Source: an uncultured Alphaproteobacteria bacterium (GTDB lineage Bacteria > Pseudomonadota > Alphaproteobacteria > RF32 > CAG-239). Taken from it: a stretch of DNA of 64,000 bases. The stretch is taken from assembly GCA_944391345.1 (NCBI GenBank), contig CALXTE010000007.1:2765-66764 (forward strand), in the 5' to 3' direction. How positions within the stretch are numbered: the stretch's first letter is position 1; each line of letters starts with the position of its first letter. This document shows, in pieces, positions 39,086-48,527 of this stretch. A model generated the notes under the pieces. That model worked only from the letters and a program-made list of their open reading frames with translations, had not been told where the DNA came from and did no database searches. The position numbers were made by a program, and so were the translations under genes.

Positions 39086-39091
39086 CTAAGC

Positions 39092-40666
39092 TTAAGCAGA
39101 CTTTTCTTGATCAGGAGCAAGAAAAGCAAGCTCTTGCTCAATATTAATACGTGGGAACAACGGCTCACCGAGAGTAACGGTTGCTTGCGAATTAAGCTTG
39201 CCGAAGGTATAAATGCTGTCCCATTTTCTTTCCTCAGCACCGGCCCCGATTCTCTTCAAGATTTCAGGCATCGTGTTAGGCATAAACGGCTCCAGCATAA
39301 TCGCGCTGATACGAATGGTTTCAAGCAGATTATACAAAACCGTTGCCAAACGAACTTTCTTGCTTTCATCCTTAGCCAAAGCCCAAGGCGTTGTTTCATC
39401 AATATATTTATTGGCACGAGAGATTAACACAAAAATCTCTTCCAAAGCTTCGCTGATATGCATAGCATTAAGCTTGTTCTCCATTTTCTTCGGAGCAGCC
39501 TCAGCAACGGCAATCAACTCCGCATCTAGTGCATCAGCTTCGCGTTCGGCAGGCAAAGTGCCTTGGAAATATTTTTGTACCATAGAGGTTGTGCGCGAAA
39601 CAAGATTACCGAGATTATTTGCTAAATCGGTATTAATCCGCTGCAAAAACAACTCGCTGACAAACATGCTGTCACCGGAATAAGGCATTTCGCGCAAAAT
39701 TTCATAACGCAGCGCATCAACCCCATAGCGCTCCCCCAACACAAACGGGTTAACCACATTGCCAAGCGATTTGCTCATCTTTTTATCACCCATGGTAATC
39801 CAGCCGTGAGCATAAAGTTTTTTAGGCATTGGCAAATCAAGCGCCATTAAAATCGCCGGCCACACCAGAGAGTGGAAACGCACGATTTCTTTGGCCATCA
39901 TATGCACATCGGCCGGCCAAAATTTTTCAAAATCATGATAAGTGTCGTTGTGGTAGCCAAGCGCAGAAATATAGTTTGACAAAGCATCAATCCACACATA
40001 AACCACATGCTTATCATCAAACGTAACCGGCACACCCCACTTAAAGCTTGTACGAGAAACGCATAAATCAGCCAACCCCGGTTTAATAAAGTTGTTGACC
40101 ATTTCGTTGACACGGCTTTCGGGCAATAAAAAATCACCGCTTTCAAGCAATGCTTTAAGCCTGTCGGCAAAAGCAGAAAGTTTAAAGAAATAAGCTTCTT
40201 CGGAGGTTTCAACCACATCACGACCACAGTCCGGACATTTTCCATCAACCAACTGAGAATCAGTCCAAAAACTTTCACAAGGCTTGCAATATTTGCCTTT
40301 ATACTCACTTTTATAAATATATCCTCTTTTATAAAGCTCTTCAAAAATATATTGCACGGTTTTAATATGATAATCATCGGTCGTACGAACAAAGCGATCA
40401 TAAGACACGTTCATAAACGTCCAAAGTTTTTTAAATTCCGCCACCACATTATTGGCATAAGTTTGGGGATCTAATCCGGCCGCTTGGGCTTTTTCCTCAA
40501 TTTTTTGACCATGTTCATCTGTTCCGGTCAAAAACAAAACATCAAAACCTTTAGCGCGTTTATAACGAGCAAGAGCATCACAGGCCACGGTTGTATAACA
40601 GTGACCGATATGCGGAGAACCGGAAGGATAATAAATTGGTGTCGTAATATAAAACTTTTCTGTCAT
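39092..40666 (-). CDS. metG: methionine--tRNA ligase
   Basis: Start at MTEKFYITTPIYY (ATG 40666, GAGG 9 nt upstream). HIGH (PHIGH), KMSKS, zinc knuckle CKPC...CPDC. Confidence 0.95.
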   Translation of the reverse strand: MTEKFYITTPIYYPSGSPHIGHCYTTVACDALARYKRAKGFDVLFLTGTDEHGQKIEEKAQAAGLDPQTYANNVVAEFKKLWTFMNVSYDRFVRTTDDYHIKTVQYIFEELYKRGYIYKSEYKGKYCKPCESFWTDSQLVDGKCPDCGRDVVETSEEAYFFKLSAFADRLKALLESGDFLLPESRVNEMVNNFIKPGLADLCVSRTSFKWGVPVTFDDKHVVYVWIDALSNYISALGYHNDTYHDFEKFWPADVHMMAKEIVRFHSLVWPAILMALDLPMPKKLYAHGWITMGDKKMSKSLGNVVNPFVLGERYGVDALRYEILREMPYSGDSMFVSELFLQRINTDLANNLGNLVSRTTSMVQKYFQGTLPAEREADALDAELIAVAEAAPKKMENKLNAMHISEALEEIFVLISRANKYIDETTPWALAKDESKKVRLATVLYNLLETIRISAIMLEPFMPNTMPEILKRIGAGAEERKWDSIYTFGKLNSQATVTLGEPLFPRINIEQELAFLAPDQEKSA

Positions 40667-40740
40667 TGCATTAAACCTCACAAATTTTTTCTTTTGTTTT
40701 TATAACAAAATCTTTTGTTTGGCAATAGCAATCTAAGGTT

Positions 40741-41223
40741 TTATTTGCGTTTTTTATAAGGCGTAAGGCGAGGAATAAAACGAGGAACATTCCTTTTATA
40801 ATCAGCATAGTCTTCACCAAAGCGCTTCAGCAAGCCTTTTTCTTCTGAAAGAGGAAAATAAAAGGCATTAATCACAATAAAGACCAAAAGATAAATTAAC
40901 AACGCCCAACTTTGAAACAACAAAGCCTCACCGGCCAGAACCAGAAAAACCCCGAGCAGCATCGGGTTGCGCACATAAGCATACGGCCCGATGATAACCA
41001 ACTTTTGCGTAGGGTTCCACGGGGCAAGAGAGCCTTTTCCGACATGAACAAAAAGAGAAATAGTCTTAATCATAAGGGCAAATCCGCTGATAAAAAACAA
41101 AAGCATCAAAACCATAGCCGCAGAAAACTTTGGCACAATCAAACTTCCGCCATAATACCACAAAATGATAATCGGTAGCGTTATCAAAACATTAAACGGT
41201 AAAATTAAAATCGCTCTTAACAT
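40741..41223 (-). CDS. isoprenylcysteine carboxyl methyltransferase (ICMT/PEMT) family membrane methyltransferase
   Basis: Start at MLRAILILPF (ATG 41221-41223), overlapping the upstream stop as TAATG. GPYAYVRNPMLLG and EEKGLLKRFGEDYADYKRNVPRFIP motifs. Confidence 0.75.
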   Translation of the reverse strand: MLRAILILPFNVLITLPIIILWYYGGSLIVPKFSAAMVLMLLFFISGFALMIKTISLFVHVGKGSLAPWNPTQKLVIIGPYAYVRNPMLLGVFLVLAGEALLFQSWALLIYLLVFIVINAFYFPLSEEKGLLKRFGEDYADYKRNVPRFIPRLTPYKKRK

Positions 41224-43118
41224 TATTCCCTCTCTTTTGAGATCGGACGTCCGCCCTTCCCGTCCAGACAATAAGCCGGCACGGCAATAATCTCTTTTGC
41301 ATTTTTATCACAAGCAATATAGCCGCTTCTGCCCTCATTATTTTCCGGAGAAGGCAACAAGTCATAAAAAGGCTCATTCGGAGCATCTCTGACTTGCAAA
41401 ATAGGAATTCGCAGCGTTAAGTTTCCACCATTATTAAAACTTTTGCGCAAGCGGTTAAAATCCATAAGAGAAAGTGCACCTTTGTCATCAGCCACCAAAA
41501 ATTCTCCGGCCGTATCAAACTGATGTGTCATATGATGTCCGTCAACATTCCACGGATGTTCTCGCGCGGTTGATACATAATTTGCCGAGCTGTTCAGACG
41601 TTTGCCGACAAAACCGTTATATTTCAGGGCCAAATAATGATGCGTCGATTCTTCATCAACCGCCTCTACCCCCATTTTAGAAAGTTGCTTATGAAACAGC
41701 TTTTTCTGGGTATTATAAACCGGCGTGCGCTTATCTTCTTCAAAAGCATTGCGGTCGATTTTCAGCTGTGCCGCACCGGATGCAATAGTTTCATCAGGCG
41801 CTTTAACAACCGGCTCTTCAAGAAAATTGATGTTCAGGTTAAATTCATTCAACAGCTGATTCATCTTAGCCAGTTTATCATCGCTTGGCTGATTAAAAAC
41901 CCCTTGCTGAAAAATTCCGAGTGCCACAATCTCTGCGCACAGCTCATTAGGCAACGGCGGAATAGATAACGATTTTACTTTAGCAAACGCGGTTTTAATC
42001 GGAGCCTTGACATCTTGCCCGCTTTCAAAATTATAAGCCTCCTTAAAAATAGCGCTGTTCTTCGAGATTAAATTTGAAATAAAAATATCATAATCAGAAA
42101 ACCGACTGTTTCCGTCTTGCGCTTTGGTAAAACCGTTCCATATATTTGCTTTATCTGCTTTAACGGTGCTATCAATAAATTCTTCCTGCACCAATGCGGC
42201 ATTATCGGGCAAAGCATGACGCTTAAATAAATCTTGCAACGCTTTTTCATCTCTGATGAGTTTGAGCGGCTCTTTAAGATGTTGCACTTCATCAAAAAAC
42301 TTCTGATGATTTTGAATATCTTTCGTGCGTTGTTTAACCCCGGCCACAAAGCGCAATTGGTCGGCAGCCGTCAACGAGTTCAATATATCCAGCTCTTTTT
42401 GCTGTTCGGGGCTAAGTTCGGCCGCTTTATCAATCCCCAAATATCCTTTATACATAGACGGCAAATACCTTTTTCCGACATTGGCCACTTTTTCAACCTC
42501 TTGAAGCGTAAATTCCTTATTTTCCAACGCTGACAACATCTTATAAGTGCTGTTATCAAAACCTTTCTTGGCATATTTCGGATCTGTCACGGCCTTTCGC
42601 CCCAAAGAAGAAAAAAACTTTCCTTTGTACTGAAACAGCTTAAAAGTCAAAGGCTCATCGCGACCGGCAATCTTAACATAAAAATTGTCTTTATCCAAGC
42701 CCACGGTGCAAAATTCGTCATCAGGAGAAACATCCGTCATTTTCCCCAAACTTTGCTGATAGGCAATCTCCTCACAAATCTGCTTTTTCAGCAAAAGCGT
42801 ATTTTTATTTTGCCCCGCAGCTTTTTTAACCGCCTTTTGCTGAGCTTTGTCTTCTTCTTTGGTCGTTGATTTATAAGCATAAGGATTAAATTTAACCTCT
42901 GATATTTGCGCCAAAAGAATATCTTTGACCTTTTGACCGGCTGCTTTTTCATCACCAAATAAAGCATAACCTTCGATTAAGGCCTTTTTGACAGGTGCCG
43001 TTTTCTGCCCTTGACTGTATTTCTGCATATTTTTCCGCGTATCATGCAACAAGCGGAGGGTTGTAATTTCGTCTATTATTATTTTGTTTGGCATCTTATT
43101 TAATCCATATTCGACCAA
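41223..43118 (-). CDS. large hypothetical protein (631 aa; no signal peptide or TM segment, no domain recognised)
   Basis: Long ORF with coding-like composition, translationally coupled to the ICMT-family gene. Start uncertain: TTG 43118 or ATG 43094. Confidence 0.55.
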   Translation of the reverse strand: MVEYGLNKMPNKIIIDEITTLRLLHDTRKNMQKYSQGQKTAPVKKALIEGYALFGDEKAAGQKVKDILLAQISEVKFNPYAYKSTTKEEDKAQQKAVKKAAGQNKNTLLLKKQICEEIAYQQSLGKMTDVSPDDEFCTVGLDKDNFYVKIAGRDEPLTFKLFQYKGKFFSSLGRKAVTDPKYAKKGFDNSTYKMLSALENKEFTLQEVEKVANVGKRYLPSMYKGYLGIDKAAELSPEQQKELDILNSLTAADQLRFVAGVKQRTKDIQNHQKFFDEVQHLKEPLKLIRDEKALQDLFKRHALPDNAALVQEEFIDSTVKADKANIWNGFTKAQDGNSRFSDYDIFISNLISKNSAIFKEAYNFESGQDVKAPIKTAFAKVKSLSIPPLPNELCAEIVALGIFQQGVFNQPSDDKLAKMNQLLNEFNLNINFLEEPVVKAPDETIASGAAQLKIDRNAFEEDKRTPVYNTQKKLFHKQLSKMGVEAVDEESTHHYLALKYNGFVGKRLNSSANYVSTAREHPWNVDGHHMTHQFDTAGEFLVADDKGALSLMDFNRLRKSFNNGGNLTLRIPILQVRDAPNEPFYDLLPSPENNEGRSGYIACDKNAKEIIAVPAYCLDGKGGRPISKERE

Positions 43119-43233
43119 TTCTTATATTAAGCATAATACCATAAGATAAATATTTTGTTAAGACAAAAAAACACTTGCAAAATAATTTTTTTATGCTATA
43201 TTTTGTCCAGAAACGAATTAAAGATAAATTATT

Positions 43234-43632
43234 ATGAATATGGAAAAAAGAAAAAACACCCCGATTCGGGCTGTTCAGATTATGAAAAAAAGTTTTTTTG
43301 CCAACCGCTTCGGAGTAAAACCGAGTGAGTTAGCTTGGGGCATCATTGTTACCCAAAATGAAGACTCTGAAAAAGACTTAAACGCCGTCTTGTTGTTTAA
43401 GGAAAATAAAAATCTCTTCATTGATATTCTCAATGACAGGATTTCTCCACTAATCAACATCTGCGGCTGCCAAACAACAGCGGTAAAAGCCACATTCAAC
43501 CGCACCCGCTGCGGATACAGCTTTAAGAGCGGAGAATTGAAGGCTTTCATCAGCAGCAAGGACATTGAGAAAGCTTATCGCAACAAGCTTTTCAATCAAG
43601 ACTTAGCCGCTGAAGCCGCTAAGTTGCAGTAA
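43234..43632 (+). CDS. hypothetical protein (132 aa)
   Basis: ORF followed by a clear terminator. No recognisable motif. Confidence 0.45.
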   Translation: MNMEKRKNTPIRAVQIMKKSFFANRFGVKPSELAWGIIVTQNEDSEKDLNAVLLFKENKNLFIDILNDRISPLINICGCQTTAVKATFNRTRCGYSFKSGELKAFISSKDIEKAYRNKLFNQDLAAEAAKLQ

Positions 43633-43640
43633 AAAAACAA

Positions 43641-43676
43641 AACAGTTCTAAGCCACCGCTTAGAGCTGTTTTTTTA
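43641..43676 (+). terminator. intrinsic terminator
   Basis: AACAGTTCTAAGC-cacc-GCTTAGAGCTGTT followed by TTTTTT. Confidence 0.7.
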
Positions 43677-43769
43677 TGCAAATATATAAATAATTTAATT
43701 GAAAATTTAATAATTTATGATATGAATAAGCCTAATTTTGAAGATTTTTTTTCATTTAAGGTGGATAAT

Positions 43770-44519
43770 ATGGATACACAAACTTTAACCGATGTCACAA
43801 CCAACGTCGCATCACAAATGTCAATGTGGGACATGGTCTGGGCCTCAGACATGGTCACCAAAGTCGTCATGATTGGATTAATAGCCACATCAGTTTGGTC
43901 CTGGGCAATCATTATTGAAAAAATTGGCACCTTGAGACAGGTCAAACGCTTGTCCAAAGCTTTTGAAGAAAGATTTTGGTCCGGCGGCTCATTAGACAGA
44001 TTGTATGAATCAATCGGCAACCGCCCGCGCGATCCGATGTCTGCCATGTTTATCTCCGCCATGAAAGAATGGAAAAGAACCAATATCTTAAAATCAAAGA
44101 CTGACCGCGGCCTGCGCGGTGTATCGCTGCAACAACGCATTGAAAAAGCCATGGAGGTTTCAATGGATAAAGAGCTTGAGGCTTTAGATACGCGCATGGG
44201 CTTTTTGGCCTCAACCGGTTCGGTTGCACCTTTGGTCGGCTTATTCGGCACGGTATGGGGGATTATTAACAGCTTTAATGCCATTGCCGCCACACAGACA
44301 AATTCTCTGTCAGCAATCGCCCCCGGAATTGCCGAAGCGCTGTTCACCACCGCATTCGGATTGATTGCGGCGATTCCGGCCGTTGTCGCTTATAACAAAA
44401 TCTCTTCAGACATTGACCGCTATGCCGGCGGACTTGAAAACTTTATGGCCGAATTCTCAAGCATTTTATCGCGTGAGATTGATGACACGGCCATTAAGGC
44501 CGAAATGGCAGGAGAATAA
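43770..44519 (+). CDS. tolQ: Tol-Pal system protein TolQ (MotA/TolQ/ExbB family)
   Basis: Start at MDTQTL (ATG 43770) with AAGGTGGA upstream. Three TM segments and a conserved C-terminal TM pair. Followed by tolR and tolA. Confidence 0.85.
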   Translation: MDTQTLTDVTTNVASQMSMWDMVWASDMVTKVVMIGLIATSVWSWAIIIEKIGTLRQVKRLSKAFEERFWSGGSLDRLYESIGNRPRDPMSAMFISAMKEWKRTNILKSKTDRGLRGVSLQQRIEKAMEVSMDKELEALDTRMGFLASTGSVAPLVGLFGTVWGIINSFNAIAATQTNSLSAIAPGIAEALFTTAFGLIAAIPAVVAYNKISSDIDRYAGGLENFMAEFSSILSREIDDTAIKAEMAGE

Positions 44520-44521
44520 TC

Positions 44522-44971
44522 ATGACCTTTATTCCGCAACATGTTAACCGTCATCACCAGCGCATAAAACGCCGCAACGCCGATATCAACATGACAAATC
44601 TGATGGATGTCATGATGGTATTGCTGGTTGTGTTCATGGTAGCTGCACCGTTGATGACAACCGGCATTGCGGTAAATCTGCCCAAAGTCGGCGGCAAATC
44701 ACTTGAAGGAAAAGATACCAGCATTACCGTAAGTGTCGACAAAGAAGGCTATTATTACATTGGCGAAAACGAAATTCCGCAAGATAAAATCATCGAAAAA
44801 CTGCAAGCAATTCGTGGTGAAAATGCAGATGTCACCGTCACCATCTCCGGCGATCAAGGCGCAAACTACGGCCGCGTTATCGGACTTATGGCTTTGCTAA
44901 AAGAAGCCGGATTTGAAAAAGTCGGCTTACAAACCCAGAGCAAACCTTTGCGAACAAAGTCTAAAAAATAA
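44522..44971 (+). CDS. tolR: Tol-Pal system protein TolR (ExbD/TolR family)
   Basis: 149 aa, single N-terminal TM (NLMDVMMVLLVVFMV) with conserved Asp, periplasmic domain. Confidence 0.85.
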   Translation: MTFIPQHVNRHHQRIKRRNADINMTNLMDVMMVLLVVFMVAAPLMTTGIAVNLPKVGGKSLEGKDTSITVSVDKEGYYYIGENEIPQDKIIEKLQAIRGENADVTVTISGDQGANYGRVIGLMALLKEAGFEKVGLQTQSKPLRTKSKK

Positions 44972-44988
44972 GGGCAGAACAAACGCAT

Positions 44989-45927
44989 ATGAAGGACTCT
45001 TTATACAAATCTTTAGCTTTGCACTTGGTGGTATTTCTCATCTTTTTGGTGGATTTGCCGACATTTTGGCACGATTCGAGCGCCATGAGACAAGTCCCGA
45101 TTATCGTTGACTTAAACAAAGTCAAAATCTCAGAAATGACCAACCTTCCCCCCAAAGCCAAAATAGGCAAAGAGGACAAAGCCGCCAGCACGGTCAAACG
45201 CAAGGTCGAAAACTATACTGCACCGGAACCAAAAGAAGAACCTAAAAAAGAGGCTGAAAAGAAAGAGCCGCAAAAACAAACGGAAAAACCCAAAGCCGTG
45301 GTTGAAGAGGTTGAAAAACCAAAAAATGATTATTTGGTAACCAAAGAAGAAAAAAAGGCCGAAACAAAAAAACACAAAGAAAAAATTGTTCCGGTTCAGC
45401 AACGTCGTCCCAAACCCAAGACAAAACCCAAACCTCAGGCAAAGAAGACGCCTGAACTGGCCAACCCATTAAAGAGCCTGCTGGCCTCGGTTGATGATTT
45501 GGAAAAGAACCTTGCCAAAGAAAACCAAACTGCCGAAATCAAAGAAGGCACCGAGGTCAAAAACATGGGTGTTGAAGGCGGAACCGGCGGCTCCTATTTC
45601 AGTGAGTTGTCTGTTTCAGAGCTTGACGCAATTGCCGGACGCTTGCGCGCTTGCTGGAACTTAGACCCCGGAGCCAAAGGCGCCCAAAATATGATAATTG
45701 AAATCAGAGCCTCTCTGCGCCAAGACGGCAGTGTTGAAGATGTTGAAATCCTCGACCAAAGCCGCTATAATTCCGACACATTCTTCCGCTCTGTGGCCGA
45801 GAGCGCACGCCGCGCCGTATATATCTGTTCACCATATAAAATCTTCTCGGAAAAATATGCAGATAAATACGATATGTGGAACACTTTGCTGCTGCGCTTC
45901 AATCCGCTCGACGCGTCAATTCAATAA
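44989..45927 (+). CDS. tolA: TolA-like protein
   Basis: N-terminal TM anchor, long K/E/P-rich linker, C-terminal TolA-III-like domain (RLRACWNLDPGAKG). Position after tolQR. Confidence 0.75.
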   Translation: MKDSLYKSLALHLVVFLIFLVDLPTFWHDSSAMRQVPIIVDLNKVKISEMTNLPPKAKIGKEDKAASTVKRKVENYTAPEPKEEPKKEAEKKEPQKQTEKPKAVVEEVEKPKNDYLVTKEEKKAETKKHKEKIVPVQQRRPKPKTKPKPQAKKTPELANPLKSLLASVDDLEKNLAKENQTAEIKEGTEVKNMGVEGGTGGSYFSELSVSELDAIAGRLRACWNLDPGAKGAQNMIIEIRASLRQDGSVEDVEILDQSRYNSDTFFRSVAESARRAVYICSPYKIFSEKYADKYDMWNTLLLRFNPLDASIQ

Positions 45928-46129
45928 AAAATAAAATTCAAAAAATTTTATTACAGCCGCCAGAACACGCAGATGATGCAAACCAGCTCTCGACCTGCTC
46001 TTTTGAAGGCACACCACCGACAATTGATTTCATAAGTAACTTTTACTACACTATTAATAAGTTATTATCATTATGTGTTTTTATAGAAACTATTTAACAA
46101 AAAAACCTCCTTAATGGAGGCTTTTTTAA

Positions 46130-46150
46130 TGGTGCCGACAGAGAGACTTG
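46130..46150 (-). repeat. 21-nt remnant of the tRNA-Thr 3' end (oldest att-like scar)
   Basis: TGGTGCCGACAGAGAGACTTG is identical to 49673..49693. It is preceded on the + strand by its own terminator hairpin CCTCC-ttaat-GGAGG. Confidence 0.75.
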
Positions 46151-46388
46151 TTCTGGCTCGTAAGGCTCTCAAAGTTCGCCAACTCGCTGCGGTCACTTGT
46201 TTTTTAATCTTTGTTTTGGCAATTTACATTGCCTGCACAAAGATAACAAAACTACGCCTCTTGCGCTAAAAAACACCGGAGCAACGGTGTTTTTTATCCT
46301 CGAGCCCGACCCAAGTGGGTCAAAAGTTCAAACATCTCAACAACTTTAAAAACAAAAAAGCGCCATAAAGGCGCATTTTTGTTTTTAA

Positions 46389-46435
46389 TGGTGCCGACAG
46401 AGAGACTTGAACTCCCGACCCACTGATTACAAATC
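46389..46435 (-). repeat. 47-nt duplicate of the tRNA-Thr 3' part (anticodon loop to CCA), att-type direct repeat
   Basis: Identical to 49673..49719. Preceded by the terminator hairpin GCGCC-ataaa-GGCGC. Confidence 0.85.
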
Positions 46436-46504
46436 GACTGCGTTTATAAAATATTATCTTTATAAATCAATATGTTAATCTTAAAATTTTAGCGATTTTT
46501 TAGC

Positions 46505-46544
46505 TGAGCTACCACCGAGCTACCACGCTAAAACAAGCTACCAC
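46505..46544 (+). repeat. three direct repeats of (G)AGCTACCAC next to the att remnant
   Basis: GAGCTACCAC at 46505 and 46517, AGCTACCAC at 46536. Confidence 0.7.
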
Positions 46545-46659
46545 CAGCTTATTACAAAATATTTTTTAATATAAATTTATGAATATTAAAAATTTTAATG
46601 ACTTTTAAATATTGTATCATTAAGATATTTTCAAGTTATTTATACAAACAGGATATTAA

Positions 46660-48129
46660 ATGTTAGAGAAAATTAGAAGCCTCCTTCAACAGGGTGAAGG
46701 TCTTAAAATTGAGTTCAAAGAAGCTCAAGGTGGAATGCCTAAGAGCGTATATGAAACTATTTGCGCCTTTTCTAACACTCAAGGTGGAGAAATTCTTTTG
46801 GGGGTTAAAGATAATGGAGATGTTGTAGGTATTGCTCCTCATCAAATATCTCAACTTAAGAAGGATTTTGCAAACACAATTAACAATCCAGCTAAAAATC
46901 ATCCACCGCTTTATTTATCTATTGAGCCGATAGTTTTTGAAGAAAAACATATTCTTTATATTAATGTTCCAGAAAGTGCAGAAGTTCATCGCTGTTGTAA
47001 TAAGATTTTTGTGCGTAATGAAGATGGTGATTATGATATTACCTCCCAACAAGCTCAAGTAGCGGCTTTATATTTAAGGAAACAAACTTCTTATTCTGAA
47101 AACCAGATATTCAAATATGCAAGGCTTGATGATTTGCGCCAAGATTTAATTGCGAAGGCTCGTAAAATGGCTGTTATTAGAGACGCAAACCATCCATGGA
47201 AAGAACTTGATGATTTTGAACTCTTAAAAAGTGCCTCTTTATACAAGAGAGATGTTCAGACAGGAGAAGAAGGAATAACGCTTGCCGGTTTATTACTTTT
47301 AGGAAAAGATGAAGTTATAGCATCTGTTTTACCTCATTTTAAGACAGATTTAATTATGCGCGTAAAAGATATTGGTCGTTATGATGATAGAGATGATGTT
47401 AGAACAAATTTAATTGACAGTTATGACCGTATAATGGCCTTTGTATCTAAACATTTACCATCACCTTTCTATTTAGAAGGAACGACACGACTGGATATTC
47501 GGAACATTATTTTCAGAGAAATTGCAGTCAATTTACTTGTTCACCGAGAATATACCAATCACTATCCGGCAAAGTTAGTTATAGAAAAAGACAGAATTTT
47601 TACTGAAAATGGTAATAAGCCATATATTCATGGTAATATCAATCCAGAAATGAATACACCTTATCCAAAGAATCCAACGATTGCACGATTTTTCAAGGAA
47701 ATAGGATTGGCGGATGAACTTGGTTCTGGTGTTCGTAAAATAACGCAATATGCTGAAGCTTATGCTGGAAGTCAGCCAATATTAACCGACTCTGATATAT
47801 TTAGATTAGAGTGGAAAACAAATCTGTTTCAAGATATGAAAAGCCAAGAACAGGATAGCTCTATAACGGTTACTGATAAAGCTAGTGAACAAGTTAGTGA
47901 ACAAGCTAGTAGACAAGTTAGTGGACAAGTTAGTGAACAAGCTCTTCAAATTATAACTTTTTGTGAAACACCTAAATCTTTATCTGAAATTATGACTTTT
48001 TCTCAGTATAAAAGCAGAGGTTATTTTGTAGATAGGGTATTGCAGCCTTTAATAAACCAAGGGCTTATTGAACGGACATTTCCTAATATTCCAAACCATC
48101 CAAACCAAAAATATAAAACAAAAAAATAA
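46660..48129 (+). CDS. AlbA_2 (Schlafen-like) DNA-binding domain protein with ATPase-like and wHTH C-terminal regions (COG2865-type putative regulator)
   Basis: The N-terminus (GEGLKIEFKEAQGGMPKSVYETICAFSNTQGGEILLGVKDNGDVVGI) is typical of AlbA_2. Contains GSGVRKI and a short SEQVSEQAS repeat. Confidence 0.7.
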   Translation: MLEKIRSLLQQGEGLKIEFKEAQGGMPKSVYETICAFSNTQGGEILLGVKDNGDVVGIAPHQISQLKKDFANTINNPAKNHPPLYLSIEPIVFEEKHILYINVPESAEVHRCCNKIFVRNEDGDYDITSQQAQVAALYLRKQTSYSENQIFKYARLDDLRQDLIAKARKMAVIRDANHPWKELDDFELLKSASLYKRDVQTGEEGITLAGLLLLGKDEVIASVLPHFKTDLIMRVKDIGRYDDRDDVRTNLIDSYDRIMAFVSKHLPSPFYLEGTTRLDIRNIIFREIAVNLLVHREYTNHYPAKLVIEKDRIFTENGNKPYIHGNINPEMNTPYPKNPTIARFFKEIGLADELGSGVRKITQYAEAYAGSQPILTDSDIFRLEWKTNLFQDMKSQEQDSSITVTDKASEQVSEQASRQVSGQVSEQALQIITFCETPKSLSEIMTFSQYKSRGYFVDRVLQPLINQGLIERTFPNIPNHPNQKYKTKK

Positions 48130-48527
48130 ATTTGGAATTTTAATTAAAATACCCCATGAGGTTTGCCATTTGTAAATTTGGGGAATCCCAAGTGGAAAAG
48201 ATTTCTCCCGATAAGCTATTGCCGTGGATAACGCGAACACTCAAGCCTAATAAGCTAAGTTGCGTATAAGTCATGCAGACACATAACTCATCAATATCAG
48301 TGGCCTCAATATATAATTTGCCCCAGATTGTTGAGGCATATTTGCTCCTGTAACACCAATAGGAATGGAGTTTTGTGTGTAAATCAAGTGTTTTTTTTGT
48401 AAATGAAATTTTAATAAGATAGGAGATAAATTTAAAATTATAGATGGAAAACAATAAACAAGTTCACGCAAATTTTAAGTTACGCTTTCCAAAGTGCTAA
48501 TTTAAATTTCTTCCTTTGGAGGTGCTT

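Noticed and set aside
45130-45469. Minus-strand ORFs inside tolA (F/L-rich 90 and 75 aa)
   Set aside because: They are antisense reading of the K/E/P-rich TolA linker, a low-complexity artefact.
48140-48454. 104-aa minus-strand ORF as an intact gene in the islet
   Set aside because: It has no convincing RBS and only a faint methyltransferase-like stretch without an NPPY-type catalytic motif. It is treated as a possible decayed fragment, not as a feature.
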